From NCBI GenBank assembly GCA_964016885.1, contig OZ024741.1, forward strand, positions 371,504,001-371,568,000: a stretch of DNA of 64,000 nucleotides, read 5' to 3'. Position 1 is the first letter of the stretch, and each line of letters opens with the position of its first letter. The stretch comes from Eledone cirrhosa. Lineage: Eukaryota. The notes beneath the pieces were generated by a model. It worked only from the letters and a program-made list of their open reading frames with translations. It did not search any database and was not told the origin of the DNA. Below, one piece after another: positions 29,201 through 45,617 of this stretch. The translations under genes were made by a program, and so were the position numbers.

Positions 29201-31039
29201 GGTGTAGTGTAGTGTAGTGGGGTGTAGTGTAGTGTGGTGTAGTGTAGTGGTGATTAGTGCAGTGTAGTGGGTGTAGTGTACTGCAGTGGGGAGTAGTGTA
29301 GTGTAGTGGGGTGTAGTGTAGTGTAGTGGGAGTAATGTAGTGTAGTGTAGTGTAGTGTAGTGTAGTGTAGTGTAGTGGGGTGTAGTGTAGTGTGGTGTAG
29401 TGTAGTGGGGATTAGTGTAGTGTAGTGTAGTGGGTGTAGTGTAGTGCAGTGGGGAGTAGTGTCATGTAGTGGGGAGTAGTGTAGTGTAGTGTAGTGTAGT
29501 GGGGAGTAGTGTAGTGTAGTGTAGTGGGGAGTAGTGTAGTGTAGTGGGGAGTAATGTAGTGTAGTGTAGTGGGGTGTAGTGTAGTGTAGTGTAGTGTAGT
29601 GTAGTGGGGTGTAGTGTAGTGTAGTCGGGATTAGTGTAGTGTAGTGTACTGGGTGTAGTGTAGTGCAGTGGGGTGTAGTGTAGTGGGGTGTAGTGTAGCG
29701 TAGTGGGGTGTAGTGTAGTGGGGTGTAGTGTAGCGTAGTGGGGTATAGTGTAGTGTAGTCGGGATTAGTGTAGTGTAGAGTAGTGTGTGTAGTGTAGTGC
29801 AGTGGGGTGTAGTGTAGTGGGTTGTAGTGTAGTGTAGTGGGGTGTAGTGTAGTGGAGTGTAGTGTAGTGGGGTGTAGTGTAGTCGGGATTAGTGTAGTGT
29901 AGTGTACTGGGTGTAATGTAGTGCAGTGTAGTGTAGTGTACTGGGTGTAGTGTAGTGCAGTGGAGTGTAGTGTAGTGGGGTGTAGTGTAGTGAAGTGGAG
30001 TGGAGTGTAGTGGGGTGTAGTGTAGTGGGGTGTAGTGTAGTCGGGATTAGTGTAGTGTAGTGTACTGGGTGTAGTGTAGTGCAGTGTAGTGTACTGTACT
30101 GGGTGTAGTGTAGTGGAGTGTAGTGTAGTGGGGTGTAGTGGGGTGTAGTGTAGTGGGGTGTTGTGTAGTGTAGAGTGGAGTAGTGTAGTGCAGTTGAGTG
30201 GAGTGTAGTGCAGTGGAGTGGAGTGTAGTGGGGTGTAGTGTAGTGGGGTGTAGTGTAGTGTAGTGGGGTACTGTGTAGTGTAGAGTGGAGTAGTGTAGTG
30301 CAGTGTAGTGTAGTGTACTGGGTGTAGTGTAGTGCAGTGGAGTGTAGTGTATTGGGGTGTAGTGTAGTGCAGTGGGGTGTAGTGCAGTGGGGTGTAGTGC
30401 AGTGGGGTGTAGTGTAGTGGGGTATTGTGTAGTGTAGAGTGGAGTAGTGTAGTGCAGTGTAGTGTAGTGTACTGGGTGTAGTGTAGTGCAGTGGAGTGTA
30501 GTGTATTGGGGTGTAGTGTAGTGGGGTGTAGTGCAGTGGGGTGTAGTGTAGTGGGGTATTGTGTAGTGTAGAGTGGAGTAGTGTAGTGCAGTGTAGTGTA
30601 GTGTACTGGGTGTAGTGTAGTACAGTGGAGTGTAGTGTATTGGGGTGTAGTGTAGTGCAGTGGGGTGTAGTGCAGTGGGGTGTAGTGCAGTGGGGTGTAG
30701 TGTAGTGGGGTGTTGTGTAGTGTAGAGTGGAGTAGTGTAGTGTAGTGTAGTGTAGTGTACTGGGTGTAGTGTAGTGCAGTGGAGTGTAGTGTATTGGCGT
30801 GTAGTGTAGTGGGGTGTAGTGCAGTGGGGTGTAGTGTAGTGGGGTATTGTGTAGTGTAGAGTGGAGTAGTGTAGTGCAGTGTAGTGTAGTGTACTGGGTG
30901 TATTGTAGTGCAGTGGAGTGTAGTGTATTGGGGTGTAGTGTAGTGCAGTGGGGTGTAGTGCAGTGGGGTGTAGTGCAGTGGGGTGTAGTGTAGTGGGGTG
31001 TTGTGTAGTGTAGAGTGGAGTAGTGTAGTGTAGTGTAGT

Positions 31040-31040
<1 letters not shown>
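26245..31040. repeat. (GTGTA)n pentanucleotide satellite with GGGGA/GGGGT variants and higher-order periodicity
   Basis: Direct inspection; rare variants repeat at about 796 bp and 288 bp. Confidence 0.97.
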
Positions 31041-31099
<59 letters not shown>

Positions 31100-31552
31100 C
31101 ACTATAGTACACGCTTTTAATTTACATTTTACAAAGTGGTGGACTTTCTTCAGTATTTAAGGTAAACGCAGTTTCATAATATTTGATAGTAAAGCTTTGT
31201 GTACATATGTGTGTGTGCATGTATGTGTGCATGTGTGAGTGTGTACATGTATGTGTGCATGTGTGAGTGTGTACATGTGTGTTTGTGTGTGTGCATGTAT
31301 GTGTGCATGTGTGAGTGTGTACGTGTGTGTGTGTGCATGTCTGTGTGCATGTGTGAGTGTGTACATGTGTGTGTGCATGTGTGTGTGCATGTGTGCGTGT
31401 GTATATGTGAGAGTTTGTGCATATGTGAATGTGTGTTTAGTCCCAAGTGGTTAATGTGTTTTCAGTATGAGCACTGTGTGTTACTTGTACCAACAATATA
31501 AATCTTTCTTTATGATCGTGTGTATGAATGCGTCCGCTTTCTGTGAGTGTGT

Positions 31553-31659
<107 letters not shown>

Positions 31660-31762
31660 GAAATCGAGAAAAAAGACAAACAGCTAGATAGAAAGGTAGA
31701 GAAACATCAAAGGTATAGTGGCAAAAAATTCCGGGACAGAGGTACACAAAAACGTGGGAGGG

Positions 31763-31836
<74 letters not shown>

Positions 31837-31925
31837 AAATACAGAAAAGCAAAGACATAATATAAGACACAAACACACACACGCATATATATATAGAAGT
31901 AGTTCGACAACAGTTAGTTCACCAT

Positions 31926-31968
31926 ACCGAGAACAATTGTTTCTCCTCATTCGGATCATCAGCTCGGT
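31926..31968 (-). ncRNA. Minimal type I hammerhead
   Basis: Minus strand: accgag-CTGATGA-TCC gaatga GGA-GAAA-CAATTG-TT-ctcggt; perfect 6-bp stem I, palindromic stem III. Confidence 0.75.
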
Positions 31969-31973
31969 CCAAA

Positions 31974-32031
<58 letters not shown>

Positions 32032-32089
32032 AAGATAAGTTTCGCTCTAGCTGGCTGAATACAATAAATGTAATCTGAGTTTGTCGAAT

Positions 32090-33013
32090 ATTAATAATAA
32101 CATTCGATTCGTTTGCAATTATGCAAACAAGCCTCATTTTTATAGCCATGTCAGTAGAATGAACTCTTCATTCTTGCTCTTGTGTTGGCATGCGAACAGA
32201 ACTGCAGACACTAATGTTTCTGGGTATCACCCTTCAGCTCACTATTCACCTGCCAACTGTCAGAGCTAGTGAAAATATATGCTATTTTCTAAAATATACA
32301 TTGACTGATCGGCCTGATTTGCATATTAGCGGACTGGCTGATCAGTCAGATCTGCATATTAGCAGATCCACTGATCAGCCAGTATGTAAAACATACCAGC
32401 AGACTGGCCAGAAAATGGTGATAGCCAGAAACATTAGTGTCTGCACTTCTGTTTATATGCCAACACAAGAGCAAGAATGAACAGTTCATTCTACTGACAT
32501 GGCTATAAAAATGAGGCTTGTTTGCATAATTGCAAACGAATCGAATGTTATTATTAATGCTATTGTTTTAGAGTAGTGACAGTCTCACTTACTTTAAATT
32601 TTCAGCAAACAGGGGGAGATAAAGCTGACAGAACTCTGTTTCGTACTAAGTACTACACCTGTTTGCTGAAAATCATGAATGTTTGATTCTTATAGAATTC
32701 TAGTAATAATCAGGAACTGATTATGCAGAGCGGTTGCCGATCAACCAGAAATTGAAAATTAGAATTGGTGCTCTGAAATAGCGATATACATATGAATGTA
32801 TATATAGTGTATTTTGCAATACACTGTATGCTTAATTAAAAGCATTTTGAAGACCTTACGCTATTGTTTTAGAGTAAGTGAGACTGTCACTACTCTAAAA
32901 CAATAGCGTAAGGTCTTCAAAATGCTTTTAATTAAGCATACAGTGTATTGCAAAATACACTATATATACATTCATATGTATATCGCTATTTCAGAGCACC
33001 AATTCTAATTTTC
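32090..33013. repeat. Two adjacent fold-back inverted repeats (32090-32231 / 32417-32558 and 32755-32876 / 32891-33013)
   Basis: Near-perfect reverse-complement arms; gctattgttttagagta also repeats directly at 32559 and 32860; block flanked by (TA)n. Confidence 0.85.
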
Positions 33014-33035
33014 ATATATATATATATATATATAT

Positions 33036-34053
<1,018 letters not shown>

Positions 34054-34644
34054 AGAGAGAGAGATACGGTGTATATTTTACAAACAAACCAAATAAAAGA
34101 GAAGCGCATGTGTTACTTCTAAAATTATATAAAGTGCTTGAAACAGGCTTAAGAAGAAATTGTGTTCCCTGCGCAGTCTTGTGGTTCCAGGTTCAATCCA
34201 TAGCGTGTCACCTTGGGTAACGATCGTTTGCCATAGCTGTGGGTCAATCTAAACCTTGAGAGCTAGGGATTCTCCATCAGTTAAGACGATCTGTATTATG
34301 GTGTTTGATCTTTGTGAAATAAAACTGTAAATAGTTGAAGATTTCACAGACACGTGTAATCTTTAACGTAATCTCGGGCTGAATCAGCATGAGATTATGT
34401 GACTGGGCTGGGTCTTTGAATCAGAGATGTAATGCACAAAAAGAGAAGAGATAGCTAGAAAAATTGACTCCAGCACTGGATTAATACTTTATTTATCGAC
34501 CCGAGATAGTGATTTTTGAACAATTTTTACCTGGCAGAACCCGTCCCTCTTCAGCCGATATCTTCCAGAAAAAGAAAAAGATAGTGAAAGAGAGAGAGAG
34601 AGAGAGAATTTAGAGGAAAAATCGATCCTAATACAAGGTTGACA

Positions 34645-34750
34645 CCTTTTTATCGACCTCGAAAAGATGAAAAGCAAAGTTGACCTCGGCAGGATTTAAA
34701 CTCAGAGCATATCTGTCCGACGTCCCAACGACTCTGCCGATTTACCGCCC
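34645..34750 (-). mobile_element. Nin-core SINE copy
   Basis: tttatcgacctcgaaaagatgaaaagcaaagttgacctcggcaggatttaaactcag...gactctgccga.ttaccgcc. Confidence 0.75.
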
Positions 34751-35129
34751 TATAATGTATTAATACACTTTGAATAAATAGTGCTGTTGATCAAACAACT
34801 GTAATACTCATCTTTGAAAGCAACATGACATTCATCATATTCGTACGCCCATACACGTTTGTTTAAATGTCTATGTGTGTGACGCAGCATGGGGGAATGG
34901 TTAAATTTGTTTTGCAATGATTCAGAGAGTATTCCAAACACCCAAGGTCAGTCTTGTCACTCAGTCTCACGCTTAATCATCCAGATAATTACATTAATGA
35001 CACTCGTGCCTATAGAATGTTCAGCCACATAAGTTCCCGAGCAAGCTGTTTTTTTTATTGAACAACTTCAATAATCATCTCTGAATCCGACGAAGGTCCA
35101 TTTCATGCATGCTTAATAATTGTTTCTAT

Positions 35130-35440
35130 TTTTGGCACAAGACCAGCAATTATCTCAGTGCATTACTGGTACTTTATTTTATCGACCCCGTAAGGATGAA
35201 AGGCAAAGTTAACCTCGGCGGGATTTGAAATCAGAACCATAAAGGGCCGTAACTCTTTGCTGCAAAGCTAATCAGTGGAAGGCGGCAAATTGGTGGAGTC
35301 GTTAGAACTTCGGTTAGAATACTTTGCGGTATTCGTTCCGGCTCTCTGCTCTCGGAGTTCAAATCCTGCCGAGGTCAACTTTGCCTTTCATCCATTTGAG
35401 GTTGATTAAAAAAAGTACCTGTAAAGTATTGGGGTCAATT
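35130..35440. mobile_element. Two Nin-core SINE copies, head to head (35130-35265 minus, 35280-35440 plus)
   Basis: gagttcaaatcctgccgaggtcaactttgcctttcatcc and its reverse complement. Confidence 0.8.
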
Positions 35441-35821
35441 CTTCTTTTCTTTCTCACTCCCTATCCACTCTGGAAGAAATCTGTTGTATTTCGACACGAA
35501 GAAGAGATAGGCTACACCAGGTTTTAAAATGCCCTAGAAACGCTGTAGACGATGCCCCTACGAATTCCTCATAAGTTACGGGATCATTCATATAATAACT
35601 AATAAAAAGACAACATAGAACGAAAGAGAAAATGAGTGGAATGTTAGTGTTACTAAAGTGCCAAGTATTGCGGCATTTAGTAAAGTTTCTTTATTTTGTG
35701 AGTTCATATTCTACCAGAATATTCATAAAACGCCTCACAATTTATTTTTATCGGTCCGTAGGTGAATGGCTTGAAATAAAGCATGGTTCATACTCATTTT
35801 ATCGACTCTTGGGGTGGAGGG

Positions 35822-36022
35822 CAATACCGGATTTTGATTTGGTAATGCCCAAGCTACATAATATAGGGAGACGCCCTTGCTAAAAAAAAAGCAAGACAAA
35901 AGAAATTAGAAGGTCACAGAAAAATTGAAAATATATCTACATTCTTTAATTAGTTTGAGGCCCTTGTGGATTGTGAGGCCCTAAGCAGTAGCCTATTTAG
36001 CTTATGCTCAAATTTGGCACTG
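35822..36022. mobile_element. Possible old hAT-type MITE
   Basis: Imperfect TIRs caataccggattt / aaatttggcactg with subterminal gaggccc repeats; TSD not convincing. Confidence 0.35.
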
Positions 36023-36261
36023 CCTAGAGGGATGATAGACAAAATTAACACCGGAAGTATTCGATTCAAAATGAGAAGGTAAGAGCGATATACCTAAATA
36101 TACAGCAATGTAATAACGCTATAATGAATCTACCAATGATTTCTAATTTAGTCAGCAAATTTGGAAGAAGGGCAATGTTAATTAAACAAATTCTAGTAAA
36201 CAAACAATGTACGTAAGCCGAATTTTCGTACTTTGAAGCGCTGAGTATATATATATATATA

Positions 36262-36809
<548 letters not shown>

Positions 36810-36889
36810 GGTAAACAGAAATAACAACACAATCGGTACAGTATATGGAAGTATATATTAGGTTAATGCTTGATATAGCAGGAAGAGGG

Positions 36890-36925
36890 TCTTAACGTTT
36901 CGGATGCTAATCTTTCATCAGAAGA
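36890..36925 (-). ncRNA. Minimal type I hammerhead, family E
   Basis: Minus strand: tctt-CTGATGA-aaGAT tagc ATCc-GAAA-CGTT-aaga; homologous to 52121-52156. Confidence 0.65.
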
Positions 36926-37161
36926 AAGAATGAGAAATAAGATAGACTGAGGGGACGGGGATGGAATTGGAAAAAATGTCTTTAGATAAAAATAACAGGT
37001 CCATTCATGTTGACATCTCTTGCAAAACTGTTGGTGCTGGCGTTTTGTGTATGATTTGTTTTTTTAGAAAAGTGGATGATGGCGCGTGTCTACCTGAAAT
37101 GGAACAAAAACCGTTTTGTAAAAAGGGCTATACTTGTGCACGCGCGTATATGTATATGTAT

Positions 37162-37348
<187 letters not shown>

Positions 37349-37430
37349 GTGGTACTGAGACCGGGGAGACCTCTAATCATAGTATTCAGATATGTAAAAT
37401 CCTAACCACGGCGCTACGGTCGGGATTTTA

Positions 37431-37500
<70 letters not shown>

Positions 37501-37504
37501 TTTA

Positions 37505-38086
37505 TCTATATATTGGTTGGTTGGTTAAATCACACGAAAACTACACACACACACACAAATACATACACACACATCTAAAGAGAGACAGACGTAGAGGGAG
37601 AGGCAGAAAGAGAGAGATAGGCAGTTATACAGAGAGAGATACAATTAAAGTGTTAGATATTCAAAAGTATCAGTTGAAGGTTTAACAATATTGCGTTAGC
37701 TTTAATAAAGTCGTTTTAGTCTTTCATTTCACAGAACAAAGAAAAATTGATACTATTTGAAATTAATATCCATATTCTACTTACAGTCCGTACTAACGAA
37801 GCAACATTTCAGAAGCAATGGTATGCGGTATATTGCTGTGTTTCAGATGACGTACTTTAGAGCTGAAAAAGATCATTCTGACTATGGTTATTTCACAACA
37901 TTTAAAATCCAAGGCCAATGCTACCATTTAATCGGCAGATTACTCCCCCAGTTTAATAAGGAAGTTTTATGATTGTTTTTTGTTATGTCTCTCTCGCATA
38001 CATTACGGTCTCACCTCATACCAGACAACATATCCAATACTGTCGTTTTCTCTGTTCTCCCGGGCGAAGCCAGGTACCTCAGCTAG
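37505..38086 (+). mobile_element. Non-autonomous Helitron (582 bp) retaining a Rep-Helicase N-terminal fragment
   Basis: A|TC 5' end; 3' hairpin ccgggc-gaa-gccagg then CTAG|T; internal HFRSNGMRYIAVFQMTYF...TFKIQGQCYHLIGRLLP matches the Helitron FQMTSFG...FKxQGQxYHxIGSLLP motif. Confidence 0.85.
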
Positions 38087-38104
38087 TATATATGTACTAA
38101 TTGA

Positions 38105-38161
<57 letters not shown>

Positions 38162-38319
38162 GTTATCCATGTGCAACCATGCAGTATTCTTCTCCCCATA
38201 TTTTTCATATATATATATGTGATGATGATGATGATGATATGCACAGGCACATAGATACTATAAAATAGCTTATAAAATAGGAGGAAGACCCTTAAAAGAC
38301 GAAAAAAGACGTTGTAATC

Positions 38320-38490
38320 GATTTGGCTAGTTCTTTATTTTATTGACTCCGGAAGGATGAAATGTAAAGTTGATCTCTGCAGGATTTGAACTCAGAATGT
38401 ATGAAAAAAAAAAAAAAAAGTAAGAGCCGATACAAATACTACAATAACATTTTATCCAACGTCTTTACCAATTCTGCCAATCCGACACAC
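38320..38490 (-). mobile_element. Nin-core SINE copy
   Basis: ttattgactccggaaggatgaaatgtaaagttgatctc.gcaggatttgaactcagaatgt. Confidence 0.7.
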
Positions 38491-38916
38491 TTTAACATAA
38501 TTAAATATTAGAAACTGATTCATACATAGCAAGATGAGCTCAGATATTTCTCAAGAGTTCAAATGTCAAATGACAGTTTAATTGTTCTCTGAATCTCGCA
38601 GCTTAAACAATACAAAGTTTCACGGGAGTAATTGTTACGTAAGCATATTTCTTTTTTTTAAATATATAGTATCTTTACAATGTGTATCACTTTCTTTTGT
38701 GGCTGATCCCACTTTTACTGCCACCGCTCACGACGTCGTCACCGCTATCAACGATAAACGAACTTAAACATGATTTATTTTACGAAAAGAAATAATGATA
38801 AAGAAAAGGGAAACAAAATAATGAAAAGGAAGAAAATAATAATAAATGTGAAGAATTTCTTTTGTCGAAAAGACATTATTTCCTGATAAAGTGACAGTTA
38901 TTCTATCACTCGTAAG

Positions 38917-38970
<54 letters not shown>

Positions 38971-39098
38971 CTGTGTGTGTGTGTGTATATATATGTGTGT
39001 GTGTATGTATATATATATATATAATATATATATATATATGTATATATATACAGTTGAATACCCCCCCCCCCACACACACACACAAACATATATTTATA

Positions 39099-39146
<48 letters not shown>

Positions 39147-39197
39147 ATCAAGGTTTAGCAAATAAAAAGTATATGCATATATATATACATATATGTA

Positions 39198-39289
<92 letters not shown>

Positions 39290-39370
39290 TATATATATAT
39301 ATATATGTACACTCCATATTCTTCAGAGTTTCTGGCTTGTATCTGCCGATATTACCTCTTGTTGTTTTGA

Positions 39371-39413
39371 TTGCCCTGATGAGTCCTTAATAGGACGAAA
39401 CATTGTCGGCTAA
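39371..39413 (+). ncRNA. Minimal type I hammerhead ribozyme
   Basis: ttgcc-CTGATGA-GTCCT taat AGGAC-GAAA-C att G-TC-ggctaa; canonical core and GUC site, in an island of about 150 bp between (TA)n tracts. Confidence 0.85.
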
Positions 39414-39454
39414 TAAAAACTTTTGATGTATTAAAGGATTCTTTGTTTTACTCT

Positions 39455-39875
<421 letters not shown>

Positions 39876-40074
39876 ACATAATGTATGTATCTATGTATCT
39901 ATATGCGAAAAATAAAAACAAATAAAATCAAACAAATCACGACACCAAATATATGTAAATTTAAACAAAAAGGTTAGAAAATGTTTTTAAAAGGGTAGGA
40001 ATAAAAAAAGACCCCCTCCCGCCAAAATGTAGCTAATCTCCCGAAGTGGTTTTTATTGGCCACCGAACCCCCTA

Positions 40075-40400
40075 TTATCTAATAATGAGTCCTTTATCTC
40101 TTATCTGATAAATAAAGCTTTTAAGGAAGCCATAGCGCTGAAATGCTCCCGGCAATGTTTACATGTTTACCAATGTAGATAGCTGACAGCATGATGTCTT
40201 ATCTGAACGCCAAGATCGGCAGCTGGGATAAAGGAGCGACATTAAAAAAAATCTTGCTTTATAATGAGAGGAGATAAGATAATGTATAATACCTGTCGTT
40301 GGGTTCACGATGAACTAACAACCATTCCTGTCATTTTTTTCTCACTGGAGACATTTGATGCAATCAAGCGATATCATATTTACTCTAATGACTTTTATCT
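40075..40400. promoter_or_regulatory. Candidate enhancer: GATA and forkhead site cluster
   Basis: WGATAR at 40075, 40094, 40101, 40106, 40177, 40199, 40272, 40277 and 40395; tandem TGTTTAC at 40156 and 40164. Confidence 0.4.
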
Positions 40401-40468
40401 CCCTTCCAAAATGATCTTCGCTGTAAATCTCAAACATTTCAGGGTTGTTTTTCATTGTTTTTTCTCCA

Positions 40469-40526
<58 letters not shown>

Positions 40527-41019
40527 ATGATGTGGGGGTGGCATTCTCCCGCTACTCTTTCTGTTCTTTATGTAAATTAATGAGGTTAAACCATTGCCAT
40601 AATTTTTTTGATTTAATTGGACATTATCAATGATTGATGATAACATCAATCACCATTATCATCACCATAACGACCACCATCAAACAGCAACGCCGCCATA
40701 GGTGAGACTTCGACGTGGTCATTCGACCTGCTAAAAATAACAGCCAAATCTCACTCCCGCCATATTATAAACTACTGTCCACTCAGCTAATAAAAATGAA
40801 TCGTACTTGTAATTCAAAAGGTCAGCCTAGTCACTTACTGTGTCACGTGTTACGCTGACTCTCCCTGCGAACTTCGTTAAAGCTGCACATTTACACTCAA
40901 CCATTTACATTCTAATTTCACGAATCGGCTGTTCAGATATTCGAACAAATGGATAGCTCGTCGTCGAAGCCGACGGAGGTCCAGAGTCAGCTACTATGAC
41001 AGCAATAACAACAACACAT

Positions 41020-41655
<636 letters not shown>

Positions 41656-42673
41656 ATAGCAATCGACCAAGCATCTCCTCCCAATCAGCTAGGCCATTCC
41701 AGTGTACCATTCAGTTCGACCCTGAAACGATGTCTAATCTGGCGAGACTGAACATCTCAAGACGGCCATTAGTAAGTGGTCACAAGTAAAACCGGAACTG
41801 ATAAACTTGTTACTGTTGAGAGATTTACCAGATAGTCAGAGGATGTAGCTACTAAACACACTCATAGACACACACACACACACACACATGAACACACGCA
41901 CGCACACATGCACACACACAAATACATACATACATGCACACACATATATACATATACATACACATACACATGCACACACGCGCACATACATATACACACA
42001 TTCTGATACACACACACATGCACACACTCATCCATACACGCGCACACGCGCACACTCATCCATACATTCACACACACATTGACACACACATGCACACACG
42101 TTCACACACACACATACATACATTCACATACACACACATACATAGAAACACATGCGCATGACACACATACACAGACACACACATACAGACACACACAAAT
42201 ATATACATACATACATACACACTCACACATACACGCGCGCACACGCACACACATGCAAACACACGCACATGCATACACACACGCACAAATACGCACACAA
42301 ATACATACACAAATACATACATGCGCACACGCATACACATAAACACACGCGCATACACAAGTATATAAAACCATACACACACACACGTTCAGACATACAA
42401 GCACATAAACAAACACAAATACCCACTCACACAAAACCATACACATACATACAGACGCAAACATACCCACACGTCAATACATAGCAGAGTATAAATATTT
42501 AATATAGAAATGGCTTCTACAGGACTAGAACTGTTTCATTCAGGAGAAATCGTCAGGAATCCCTGATATATATATATATATATAACGGATGAAAAACCCA
42601 AAAGCACGAACTTCATCCGTTCCCATGACGATTTAATTTGGATTGCCTCGGAAACAACCTTATTATGTAACAA

Positions 42674-42747
42674 GCTGTCTGATGATGTCACGAGACTCGC
42701 ACACAGAACAGTGTGGCAAGTGTCGTCATTGAAATATATATCACAGC
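42674..42747 (+). ncRNA. Type I hammerhead motif (UG/UU-closed stem II variant)
   Basis: gctgt-CTGATGA-tg.tcacga...tcgtca.tt-GAAA-TATATA-TC-acagc; perfect 5-bp stem I, AUC site. Confidence 0.7.
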
Positions 42748-42796
42748 ATTATTATTAAAGGACTTGAACATCTGAAACTACTTCGCTTTTACTTAT

Positions 42797-42866
<70 letters not shown>

Positions 42867-43037
42867 TCAATGATATTAAATAAATGGAAACTATATTTAT
42901 AAAACCATATTTATTCTATTATATATATTTCAAGGGTACCAAAACTTTGGTACGCTTTCATCAGATAAAATACAAAGTTTGTTTTATAAATTTTGACATA
43001 ACCAAGAAAAGATACTTTAACGGTTCAAGTTTTTCTT

Positions 43038-43170
<133 letters not shown>

Positions 43171-43219
43171 AATTTCTTTCGAATGAAATAGTTCTAGTCC
43201 TGTAGAAGCCATTTCTATA

Positions 43220-44585
43220 AACTTGATATAGAACACAATGGAAAGCATCCAGCAATAGCTAACTCCATCCACCATTAAAGTTACTATAGACTACCCAACT
43301 AAACACCCCAACCATAGACTACCTGTAGTAGACACAGAACTCTGGTTGAAAACTATTAGTAATAGAACGCAAACCCGCCATTCGCATTATGCCAAACCCA
43401 TGATCTCCAAGTACCTGATCCACAAAACTCAGCTGTTTCGGATCACATATACTGATTCCTGACTTAGTAGGAGTGATGAGGAACGTGTACCGCATGTGCA
43501 CCCCTAAAGAATTAGAGAGACACATAGAACACTTCATCCACCGCATGCAGTTCTCTGGCTACGATCAGAAAGACAAGATCAGGGTATATAAAGGAGCCAA
43601 AACCAAATGGGCAAAGATTGTAGAAAATGATGCAACTGGAACTTGCCCCATGTACAGAAGCAAATTTTGGAACAGAATAGAAAGGATTAGGAATACGGCA
43701 AATAAAATAAACTCATGGTATGATAGCAATAAATACCAGAGTGTAATGTTCGTCAATACAACCTCGATAGGCGAACTAGCTTACAGATTTAGAAGGGCCC
43801 TAGACAAGCTAAAATTAAATATTAAGATAGTTGAAACACCAGGTATTCCCATAAAAATCCTAATTAGTAAAACATACCCATTTCAAAGATCCCCCTGTGC
43901 TGATAGGAAATGGATAGTCTGCTAGCAAAGCCCGCAAACTAACTGCAAGACTAGACACGTAGTATATAGTATAAGATGTACTGATAACTCCAGGATGGGA
44001 AAAACTCATCAGTACTCCACCAACATGCCAAAATAAAACATAGGGGCACATTAGAGAGCATAGAGATAAACATTATACCCCCACACAGAAAAGATACAAT
44101 GCTCAGACAAATCACAGAGGCGACAAATATAGACTCCAACCAAAATTAAACAGAAAACATGAGTGGAATAACAACATCACAACTAGTAATTAAGGACAAA
44201 ATGAAGACATAAGACACACAAAAACCAAACTAACAAAACAAATCAGACACACACAGATAGAACAAACAACCAACTAGTGACAAGTAAATAAACACATAAA
44301 TAAACACACATACACACACTCGAGTGAAACGCATGCGCAAACTAAGCACACAACACACAACACACAAAAACAAGATGGTGTAGGACAGAACAAAGGAGAT
44401 ACACAATATAAAAAACCAGTCACTGAGGAGGTCACAGAATGTGTGACGAAAGAGCTTTGACAGTATATAAACAACCTTCCAGTTATCAAACCAACTAATC
44501 AACCGGAAAATTACAATAAATTGAAGTGAAAATCAGCATGCGCGTGTGTTTTTATTGGCAGCATAACCCTCCTTAAGTATAACAA
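43220..44585 (+). mobile_element. 5'-truncated decayed Penelope-like element (RT thumb, linker, GIY-YIG, 3' pLTR)
   Basis: Homologous to the reverse complement of 45615-47065; ORF 43473-43925 (RMQFSGY...CPMYRSKFWN...VMFVNTT...PFQRSPC). Confidence 0.85.
44419..44461 (+). ncRNA. PLE pLTR hammerhead
   Basis: gtca-CTGAGGA-gGTCACA gaatg TGTGAC-GAAA-GAGC-TT-tgac. Confidence 0.75.
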
Positions 44586-44699
44586 TATCTGTTTCAACAC
44601 ACGTTTTCAGATAAGAAATCTTGCAAAACAAATTCAAAAACGAAATATACATACATACATACATAATACATACATACATGTTTATAAAGATGATATAAA

Positions 44700-45054
44700 A
44701 ATTAGACGCTGCGCATGCAACGCCACAAACATACATAGACTTAAACAAGACATACACACTAATATACTCTGCTACATAGACACTCATACATAGACACCGT
44801 TACATAGCCACTCATACACGAGTTCTTCTCATCGGCGTTGATTTGACCTTTGACCTGACTTCGGTGTTACTTCCGTAATGTCAACAGTTGTGGGAATATA
44901 CGCAACTCTTTCAACGTACACATTGCCGATTGTGTGTGGCTTAAAACTATTACTTTATTTAATGTTCCCTATTCACCCCATCTTCTCACTCTCTCTATCT
45001 CTCACTCTCTCTCTCACTCTCACTCTCTCTCTCTCTCACTCTCTCTTTATCTAT

Positions 45055-45110
<56 letters not shown>

Positions 45111-45180
45111 ATCTCTATCTATCCTTCTCTCTCCCTCTCTCTAATAATGGCGCATACTCGAAGTAACGTCGGTATAAAAT
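44700..45180 (+). promoter_or_regulatory. Candidate promoter/regulatory island
   Basis: NRF1-like TGCGCATGC 44710, perfect DR1 TGACCT-T-TGACCT 44844-44856, ETS ACTTCCG 44869, YY1-like AATAATGGCG about 45143; locally CpG-rich. Confidence 0.35.
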
Positions 45181-45198
45181 CTCATTTTTAATTTGACT

Positions 45199-45366
<168 letters not shown>

Positions 45367-45540
45367 CACGTGTGAGTAAATGTGTACGCGAAAAGTAAAA
45401 ACAACAAAACAAATACTGCAATGGAAATGTATACATATATATATATATATATACACGCAAATAAGACCGTTGCTGCATCAATTAGCCTGCTAACACTCGG
45501 CAGAGCACCCTAAGCCGAACGTCAAAATACACTCATGACT

Positions 45541-45614
<74 letters not shown>

Positions 45615-45617
<3 letters not shown>

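Noticed and set aside
29889-31112. His/Thr/Tyr-rich ORFs
   Set aside because: Reverse translation of the (GTGTA)n satellite
41689-41771. Possible exon ending TTA|GTAAGT (RPFQCTIQFDPETMSNLARLNISRRPL)
   Set aside because: Weak acceptor, and phase incompatible with the next candidate exon; unsupported without RNA data
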